Positions 56,762-64,000 of a stretch of 64,000 bases of DNA are shown here, piece by piece (within the stretch, counting starts at the first letter, position 1; each line of letters opens with the position of its first letter). A program made the position numbers and the translations under genes. Below the pieces are notes generated by a model. The model saw nothing but the letters and a program-made list of their open reading frames with translations, made no database searches and was not told the origin of the DNA. The stretch comes from an uncultured Gemmatimonadaceae bacterium. GTDB taxonomy: Bacteria; Gemmatimonadota; Gemmatimonadetes; Gemmatimonadales; Gemmatimonadaceae. The stretch covers positions 1,760,001-1,824,000 of the forward strand of contig OY970320.1 of the NCBI GenBank assembly GCA_963716745.1, given 5' to 3'.

Positions 56762-59700
56762 ATGACGCAATTCGTCCTATACCTCGTGTTCGTCCTCTCG
56801 GGCGCCGCGGGGCTGATCTACGAGTCGATCTGGAGCCGCTACCTCGGACTCTTCGTAGGGCACAGCGCGTACGCGCAGATCATCGTGCTCACGATCTTCC
56901 TCGGCGGCATGTCCCTCGGCGCCTGGGGCACGAGCCGCCGCTCCGAGCGGCTCACGCAGCCGCTGCTCGCGTACGCGCTCATCGAGCTCACCATCGGCGG
57001 CATCGGGTTCGTCTTCCACGATGTGTTCGTGGGCACTACCGCGCTCGCGTACGACTCGATCTTCCCGCACCTCGCGGGCAGCCCGGCTGCTGCTCACCGT
57101 CGTGAAGTGGTCGATCGCCAGCGCGCTGATCCTGCCGCAGTCCGTACTGCTCGGCACGACCTTCCCGCTCATGAGCGCGGGCGTGCTGCGTCTCGTGCGG
57201 CAGCAATCCGGCCGCGTGCTCTCCCTGCTCTATTTCGCGAACAGCCTTGGCGCCTCGGTCGGCGTGCTCGTCGCGGGATTCTATCTGCTGCCCAACTACG
57301 GACTCGAGACCACCCTGCTCGCGGCGGCGATCCTCAATTGGACCGTGTTCGTCGCCACGCTCTGCGCGATCCGGATCCCCGAGATGCTCGCGCCACGCGC
57401 CGAGGTGGAGAGCGATGAACGGAGCGCGGCCACTCCGGCGGCCGCGCCCGCGCCGGCATATCCCATGCCCCTGGGCAGCGAGCGGCTCTGGCGGCTGCTG
57501 CTGATCGTCGCGTTCGGCACCGCGATCGCGTCGTTCGTCTATGAGATCTCGTGGATCCGCCTGCTCTCGCTCGTGCTCGGCAGCGCCACGCATTCGTTCG
57601 ATCTCATGCTGTCGGCGTTCATCCTCGGGCTCGCGCTCGGCGCACTGTGGGTGCAGAATCGCGCCGACCGGTTCAAGGATCCACTGCGAGCCCTCGGCAT
57701 CATCCAGTGGATCATGGGATTCGCCGCGATGGCGACCATTCCGCTGTATCTCTGGTCCTTCCGGTGGATGCAGTTGTTGATCACATCGCTCTCGGAATCC
57801 AACGGCGCGTACGATCTCTTCAGCATCGCGCGCTACGCGATCTGCGTGCTCGTCATGGTGCCGGCGACGTTCTTCGCGGGCATGACCCTCCCCGTCATCA
57901 CGAAGCTCCTTATCGACTCCGGCCGCGGAGAGCGCGCGGTGGGCACGGTGTACGCCGTGAATACCTTTGGATCGATCATCGGCGTGATCATCGCCGGGCT
58001 GATCCTTATGCCGTTGCTCGGCCTGAAGACGCTATTGATCCAGGGCGCCGTGCTCGACATGGGCCTCGGTGTCTACTTGCTGTACAAGGCCGCGGGCGAT
58101 TCGCGGCGCCGGCAGAACTTCGCATACGCGATGGCTGTCGGCGTGTTCTTCGTGACGTCGATCTCCGTGCTGATGAATCGGTTCGACCTCACGATCCTTT
58201 CGAGTGGCGTCTTCCGCCATGGCGGACTGCCCGAACCCGGCACGCGGTCGATCCTCTATTACAAAGATGGACGCACCGCGACCGTCACCGTCGGGCAAAG
58301 CAATCGCGACAAGAGTCTCTTCATCTCAACGAACGGTAAGCCGGACGCGTCGCTCGACACGCTCTGGTACAACTACGATCGCAACGCGCCGCGCCATTGG
58401 GCGGGCGGCGATGTGTCCACGCAGATCCTGCTGCCGCTCATGGTGCTCGCGCACGCGCCGCGCGCCACGAACGCGGCGGTGATCGGCGAAGGCTCGGGCA
58501 TGACGTCGCATCTCCTGCTGGGCAGCCCGTACCTCAAGAGCCTCACCACCATCGAGATCGAGCCGGCGATGATCGAGGGCTCGCGCGCGTTTGCCAAGGC
58601 GAACTGGCGCGTCTTCGCGGACACCGCGCGGTCGCACTTCGCCATCGACGACGCGAAATCCTTCTTCGCGACCAACGGAAGCCAGTTCGACCTGATCGTC
58701 TCCGAACCGTCGAATCCGTGGGTGAGCGGCGTGTCCGGGTTATTCACCGTGGAGTTCTACGCGCGGGTGAAGCACTACCTCACGCCGAACGGCGTGTTCG
58801 GCCAGTGGCTGCACCTGTACGAGATCAACGATGGGCTCGTGATGAGCGTGCTGGCCGCGCTGCACCAGAACTTCGCGTCGTACCAGATCTTCATGACGTC
58901 GAATGCGGACATCCTCATCGTGGCGAGCAATGGCTCCACGCTGCCGGTTCCCGACTGGTCCGTGTTCAACTATCCGCTCATCGCCGCCGATCTCCGGCCG
59001 CTCGTTCCCTTCCGGCCGTCGGTGCTCGAGTCGTACCGCGTCGGCAGCCGCGAGCAGCTCACGCCGCTCGTGAGCCTCATGGGATCGGTGAATTCCGATT
59101 ACATGCCGATCCTCGACATCGGGGCCGAGCGTTCGCGCTTCCTGCACGAGAGCGCCGACGGCCTCGCCGACCTGCGCGCCGGCCGCTTCAATGTCATCTC
59201 GGCGATCTATGGTGAGCACATCCCGTTCGATACGGGCACCATCACACCGGTGCCGTCCATCCCGCGCAGCCACGAGCTCGCCCTTGGCGCGGTGCTGCAC
59301 GCGCGTCGCACCGCGATCTTGCAGGACACTATGAGCGCGCTCGGCGCGCTCGACGCGTTGCAGCGCCGGTCGCGCCTCGAGAACGGGATGGCGTCCGGTC
59401 GGCCGCCGGTGGATTGGCGCATCTGGACCACGGACGCGCTCGCCGTCGAGAGGGATCTCGATGGTGGCACCGCCGGCGTGGTCGACGAGGATTATTTCCG
59501 TAGCGTGAACGCATACTTGGCCGCGCAACACGCCCCCGCGGGCGCGCGGCAGACGTTCGCGTTCGTCCGCGCGTTCTCGCTCCAGGATTTCCGGGCGGCC
59601 TCGGCGCTCGCCGATTCGCTGGATCCCGGCGAGTACGGCACGACGTGGCTCGCGCTCGACGACCTCCGGGATGCCGGCACCGTGGCGAAGATCCGGGTGG

Positions 59701-59876
59701 GAGATGTGGCCGGCGCGCGCACGTACTGGAAGGCGCTCGGCAAGCGCGGCGCGCGCGCGGACGATCATGTGCGATCGCTGCTCATCGTCGCGTACATGAT
59801 CGCCGCCGACAAGGCGCAGCGCACGCATGGCGTGGTCACGGCGCCGGCCGGCACACCCGGCGCGGCCAAGCGCTAG
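56762..59876 (+). CDS. Fused MFS-like membrane / spermidine-synthase-like protein (apparent +1 frameshift near 57085)
   Basis: SGAAGLIYE..W.R, two TM repeats with LY..N..G, then NGKPDAS, VIGEGSGMT, IEIEP, DDAK and DLIVSEPSNPW. Confidence 0.87.
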
Positions 59877-60033
59877 CGCAGTCTCGTCGCACCGCGGGAA
59901 CCAATCGGCCTCCCGGGGTATCCGCGTTATCCTGTGGCGTTGGCCCTAGGGCCAACTGGCGCGTGAGAATGCCCGTAGTTAACGTGGTTGCCAGAGTGCC
60001 ACGAACACCATTTCGACGGAGAGGGCAGCCACC

Positions 60034-60720
60034 ATGTCTAGTCGTACATCACTCGGGCGTGCCGCGCTCACAGCGCTCGGCCTCGCCCTGCTGACCGCGA
60101 TTCCCGCGGCGGCGCAGCGGGCACAAGCGGTGGAGATCAGCGCCTTCGGCGGCTGGTACTTCGGCAGTCAGATCTACCAGGGTACTCCGTCGTCTGGATG
60201 CGAAGGATGCAACGGAGTCATTAGCGTCTCTGTCGGCGACGCCGGCATGTACGGCGCGCGGCTGGGCTACGACGTGTCGCGCACGTTCGGCCTCGAGTTC
60301 TCTTGGTCCGCCTCCGATCCTGCCCTGCATTTCTACGGCGCTGGCGCGAGCGGACTGCGGGGCGACATCGCCGTCAACAACTTCGATTTCGATGCCATGT
60401 TCAACTTCGGACAGCAGCGCATTTGGGGTTATCTCGCACTCGGTGTGGGCTGGGCGGATTTCAACCCGAGCGTCACGTTCAGCGGAGTCCCGCAGGATAT
60501 CCGGGGCCAGTCGTATTTCTCCGGGAACACCGCGCTTGGCATGAAGGCGTTCATCAATCCGCACCTGTACGTCCGGTTCGACGCGCGTTACCGCTGGTCG
60601 TCCACCAATCACCAGACTAGCTCGGGCGTCGGCTGCTACTACTACTGCTATGGCTATAGCACGAATTACTACGGCGCCGGCGAGCTCACGGGCGGGCTGT
60701 CGTATATCGCGTTCAAGTAG
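60034..60720 (+). CDS. Outer-membrane beta-barrel protein (OmpA/OMP_b-brl-like)
   Basis: Signal peptide, alternating strands (YGARLGY, FGLEFSW, VRFDARY, GGLSY) and a GGAGAGG SD. Confidence 0.8.
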   Translation: MSSRTSLGRAALTALGLALLTAIPAAAQRAQAVEISAFGGWYFGSQIYQGTPSSGCEGCNGVISVSVGDAGMYGARLGYDVSRTFGLEFSWSASDPALHFYGAGASGLRGDIAVNNFDFDAMFNFGQQRIWGYLALGVGWADFNPSVTFSGVPQDIRGQSYFSGNTALGMKAFINPHLYVRFDARYRWSSTNHQTSSGVGCYYYCYGYSTNYYGAGELTGGLSYIAFK

Positions 60721-60744
60721 ACACTTCCGCAGCCTCAGACATCG

Positions 60745-60779
60745 CGCGGGGCCGCCTTATCGGCGGCCCCGCGTTTTTT
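60745..60779 (+). terminator. Rho-independent terminator
   Basis: CGCGGGGCCGCC-TTATC-GGCGGCCCCGCG 12-bp stem followed by T6. Confidence 0.92.
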
Positions 60780-60870
60780 CATCGGTTCCCCAGTAGACCG
60801 CCGGCTTGACACGTGCGAAATTGCATCCGAGCGTGTGTCAGTACCCGGTTACCTATCAGCGAAGGGCCCC

Positions 60871-61453
60871 GTGATTCCCACCGACCAAGCGACCCGCGTG
60901 AAGAACGCGGCCCCGGCGAAGATGCCGGTGAGCGATATCGCCGTGAAAGCCAAGACCGGCCGCACCTGGGCACAATGGTGCACGCTGCTCGACAAAGAGC
61001 GCGCGGGCGAGATGTCGCATAAGGAACTCGCCGTGCTCCTCGAGACGAAGTTCTCCGTGGGCGAATGGTGGTGCCAGAATGGTCACCGTTGGCTACGAGC
61101 GCGCGCGCGGCAAGCGCGCCGTGAACCAGACGACGCGCGGCTTCAGCGCGAGCGTGAGCCGCACCATCGCGGCATCCGCGGCCAAGGCGCACAAAGCATG
61201 GACCGACGCCGCCACCCGTGCACAGTGGCTCGCCGGACAGCGCTTCACGGTACGCGCTTCCACCGCCGGAAAGTCCCTGCGCATCACGTGGCCGGATGAG
61301 ACGAACGTCGACGTCACGATCACCGCACGCGGCAAGGACAAGTGCGTTCTCGCCGTGCAGCACGACAAGCTGAAGAGCGCGGCCGCGGTGCGCGGCGCGA
61401 AGTCATTCTGGTCGGAGCGCCTCGACGCGCTCCGCGACACGCTCGAGCGCTAG
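60871..61453 (+). CDS. Hypothetical protein, DUF4287-like N-terminus plus SRPBCC-like domain (apparent +1 frameshift near 61079)
   Basis: AVKAKTGRTW.QW..LLD and WWCQ|MVTVGYERARG, restored by deleting one A, then QHDKL..FWSERL. Start uncertain. Confidence 0.75.
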
Positions 61454-63048
61454 CGCGGCGCGCGCCGCCCGCAGGCGCGGATCATGCGCCGCGGTTCGGG
61501 CGCATTCGGGTACAGCGCCCGCGCTGCGATCGCCGCGGCGCGCATTTCCTCGCAATTCCCGCGCGCCTCGTACACCGCCGCGCGCTTCATCGCGATCCGG
61601 TAGCTCCCCGGGTCCAGGCGGCCGGCAAGGTCGTATTGCCTCACATCGCGCGCGTCGCTGAACACCGCCATCGCCGCGAGCTGTGCCGCGGACCGCGCGA
61701 CGCACGCGGCGCCGATCACGAGGACAGCGAGCGTCATCCACCGTCGCCGGGACGCTCCACCCGTTTCCGCACCGTGAGACGTCGATGGCGCCGAGAGCGC
61801 GCCGAACAGTGCCCACGCGATGAGCGCGGGCGCCGGCAACAATAACACCGCGTCGAACGCGCTCACGATCACGGTCACGACCAGTGCGCTCGCGAGCGCG
61901 AGCCCCTCGACGTACTGCTCCGCGTTCGTCGCGCGGTCGGCGCGGCGCCACGCGCCCACGGCGAGACCGAACAACACGAGCGCCAGGACTCCCAGCGCCG
62001 GGAATCCGCGCTCCGCCGCGATCGCCATCCAGTCGCTGCTCGGCCACGGATTCGCCGTCATGCCATCGTCCGCATCCAGCGACGGATCGTTCGGCGTGGC
62101 CACCCGCGGATACGCCACCGCCCAATTGCCCGGCCCCACGCCGAGCATCGGGTGCGCCGCGGCGATCCGCAGCGTGTTCGTGTATTGCAGCACGCGTCCG
62201 TGCCCGCTCCCCTCGCGGTAGTTCACCACACCGGTCACGGTGTCGAGATACGGCGAGTCGCTCTTCCACTCGAGTGTGTTGGGGAGCAGCACCGCCGCGA
62301 GCACCCCGAGCGAAGCCGACGCGCCGAGGAACCACATGCGGCGCGCCGCGCGCGGCTCGCTCCATTTGCGATGCGCGCGCCACAGACCGAGCGCGAGCAG
62401 CGCCGCCCCGGCGGCGAGGGCGAGCCACGCGGCGCGCGTGCGCGAGAGCACGAGCGCCGCGGCGAGCACCGCCATGCCCGCCACGCCCAGCAGCGCCACC
62501 CATCCGCGACGCGCGCCGATCACGCAGAGGACCACCGCCGGCACGCCGATCGCCGCGAGATGTGCCATGAAATTGCGATTGCCGAACGTCCCGCCCGGTG
62601 CGCGGTTCAGGCTGAAGTATTCGCTCGTCACGCCGTACGTCTGTGCCAGCGACGTGATCGCGCCGAGCACCGCGGCCGCCGCGCAGCCGGCCACGATGGT
62701 GCGCCAGGCGCCGCCCTCGGACGCCGCGCGCGCCGCCAGGAACACCACTGCCGACGCGAGCGTGATCGCGAGTGCGCGCGTGGCCAGCCAATGATTCGTG
62801 GCGAACACGGCGCTGATCGCGCTGAGCGCGACGTACAGTCCGAGCAGCACGTCCACGCGCGTGAACGCGATCTCGCGCCCGCGGCCAAGGATCATGAGCG
62901 CCGTCACCAGCGCGGCCGCGTTCAGCACGAGCTCTTTGGGCACGAAGAAGCGGTCGAGTTCGAACAGTTTGTATGGCGCCGCCGCGAGCACCACGGCGAA
63001 CGCCGCCGCCACGATCGCCCACCGCATCCACCGCCGCTCATCGCTCAT
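61450..63048 (-). CDS. O-antigen ligase (Wzy_C) family membrane protein
   Basis: GTFGNRNF, LSRTRAAW, R..Y...HPMLGVGPGNW and AAERG. Note P-S-S-D where H-N-x is usual. Confidence 0.82.
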   Translation of the reverse strand: MSDERRWMRWAIVAAAFAVVLAAAPYKLFELDRFFVPKELVLNAAALVTALMILGRGREIAFTRVDVLLGLYVALSAISAVFATNHWLATRALAITLASAVVFLAARAASEGGAWRTIVAGCAAAAVLGAITSLAQTYGVTSEYFSLNRAPGGTFGNRNFMAHLAAIGVPAVVLCVIGARRGWVALLGVAGMAVLAAALVLSRTRAAWLALAAGAALLALGLWRAHRKWSEPRAARRMWFLGASASLGVLAAVLLPNTLEWKSDSPYLDTVTGVVNYREGSGHGRVLQYTNTLRIAAAHPMLGVGPGNWAVAYPRVATPNDPSLDADDGMTANPWPSSDWMAIAAERGFPALGVLALVLFGLAVGAWRRADRATNAEQYVEGLALASALVVTVIVSAFDAVLLLPAPALIAWALFGALSAPSTSHGAETGGASRRRWMTLAVLVIGAACVARSAAQLAAMAVFSDARDVRQYDLAGRLDPGSYRIAMKRAAVYEARGNCEEMRAAAIAARALYPNAPEPRRMIRACGRRAPR

Positions 63049-63146
63049 GGACGCTGAAGATACGTGGATTCGCCAATGCACGCGGCACGATGCACGATGC
63101 ATGACGGCCCTGCCCTTCGCGCCCGAGTTCCTTCATCTTTCCCATC

Positions 63147-63914
63147 ATGACGAAATGGGTGAAGACTCTCATCGCGATCAACGTCGCCGTTTGGGTGCTC
63201 CAGCTGGTGTTCCCGTGGATCACGCCAACCTTCCAGCTCGTGCCATCGCACGCGCTCCAAGCGCCGTGGACGGTGTTCACGTACATGTTCCTCCACGACC
63301 CGAACAATTTCCTGCACCTCGCCTTCAACATGCTGGCGCTGTACTTCTTCGGCCCGCGGTTGGAGGGACTGCTCGGCGGGTCCCGATTCCTCACGCTCTA
63401 TCTGCTCAGCGGCCTCGGTGGCGGCGTGCTCTCGTTCATGCCGCCCTACTACAACTCCGCGATCATCGGCGCGTCGGGCGCCATCTTCGGCGTGCTCGCG
63501 GCGTACGCGCGCCTTTGGCCGCGCGACCGCATCTACATCTACGGCGTGCTGCCAGTGCAGGTCTGGATGCTCGTGGCGTTGTACAGCGGCTACTCGCTGC
63601 TGGGCGCGCTGAATCACAACGTGGGCGCGGGCACGGCGCACTTCGGCCACCTCGGCGGCATCTTCGTCGGCTGGTTCTATATCTCGTGGATGCGCGAGCA
63701 GAGTGGCGCATCGCGTTTCAAGAAGAACGTCACCGCGGCGCCGGTCTCGTCCGACGCCGAGGCCCAGCAGCGCTGGGGATCGATCCGCCTCGACGATCTC
63801 CATCCGATCAACCGCGGCGAAGCCCTCCGGCTCCTCGAGAAAGTGCGCGCGAGCGGCGCGCGCAGCCTCTCGGCCGAAGAGCGCGCCGCGCTGGACCGCT
63901 TCAGCCCGACCTAA
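63147..63914 (+). CDS. Rhomboid intramembrane serine protease
   Basis: TYMFLH...HLAFNM, IGASGA and AHFGHLGG, with a C-terminal DUF6576-like tail. Confidence 0.93.
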   Translation: MTKWVKTLIAINVAVWVLQLVFPWITPTFQLVPSHALQAPWTVFTYMFLHDPNNFLHLAFNMLALYFFGPRLEGLLGGSRFLTLYLLSGLGGGVLSFMPPYYNSAIIGASGAIFGVLAAYARLWPRDRIYIYGVLPVQVWMLVALYSGYSLLGALNHNVGAGTAHFGHLGGIFVGWFYISWMREQSGASRFKKNVTAAPVSSDAEAQQRWGSIRLDDLHPINRGEALRLLEKVRASGARSLSAEERAALDRFSPT

Positions 63915-64000
63915 CGCGCCGGCGCGGCGTTCATCCGCGCGAGGTCGGCTAGGAACGCGTTGGGCGACAGCGGACGGCCGAGCAGATCCTCAATGACCTG
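63911..64000 (-). CDS. 3' end of a gene, possibly an M3-like metallopeptidase
   Basis: QVIEDLLGRPLSPNAFLADLARMNAAPAR*. Only 29 residues are visible. Confidence 0.45.
   Translation of the reverse strand, partial: QVIEDLLGRPLSPNAFLADLARMNAAPAR

Noticed and set aside
60807..60840. TTGACAC...GTGTCA palindrome upstream of the DUF4287-like gene
   Set aside because: Only a 6-bp match and no convincing -10 box, too weak to call.
341..63952. Many long Arg/Ala-rich antisense or alternate-frame ORFs (e.g. 1928-3820, 36166-38799, 40637-43000, 50459-53059)
   Set aside because: These are shadow ORFs expected in high-GC DNA. They overlap well-supported genes and contain no recognisable motifs.
1..64000. 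tRNA, rRNA, integrase, transposase, prophage or recognised defence systems
   Set aside because: None recognisable by eye. A tRNAscan, Rfam or DefenseFinder run would be needed to exclude them fully.

Overview
High-GC, gene-dense chromosomal segment made mostly of housekeeping genes. The gene repertoire and style suggest Gemmatimonadota, but this is inference only and no marker gene is present. In order, the window holds an ECF sigma/anti-sigma/PDZ operon, two membrane-embedded spermidine-synthase-like proteins, RNase D, a split transketolase, a 7Fe ferredoxin, a three-subunit xanthine-oxidase-family molybdoenzyme whose FAD subunit is displaced, a sufBCD-Rieske-sufSU operon, a lone AAA ATPase-wHTH gene with an AT-rich palindromic upstream region, a WtpABC-type tungstate/molybdate ABC transporter, two ABC-2 exporters, bacilliredoxin, a GroES-like gene, lepB, a SWIB protein, nfo, pruA-phzF, a GGDEF protein, MscL, two M20 peptidases, a TolC-RND pump, an O-antigen-ligase-like gene and a rhomboid. 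I saw no tRNA, rRNA, CRISPR array, transposase or integrase. About ten single-base frameshifts, nearly all +1 insertions and three of them in sufC, look like long-read sequencing errors. The most unusual signal is non-coding: at least five long intergenic inverted repeats whose arms are tandem 7-mers (CGGGAVK) or 9-mers (GACAGGATT / GCGGATNNN). They share a purine-arm-first polarity and dock onto stop or start codons, which suggests an undescribed REP/MITE-like element family. Also notable are a 32-codon remnant of an M20 peptidase paralogue and a 21-22 bp periodic operator-like array upstream of the SWIB gene.
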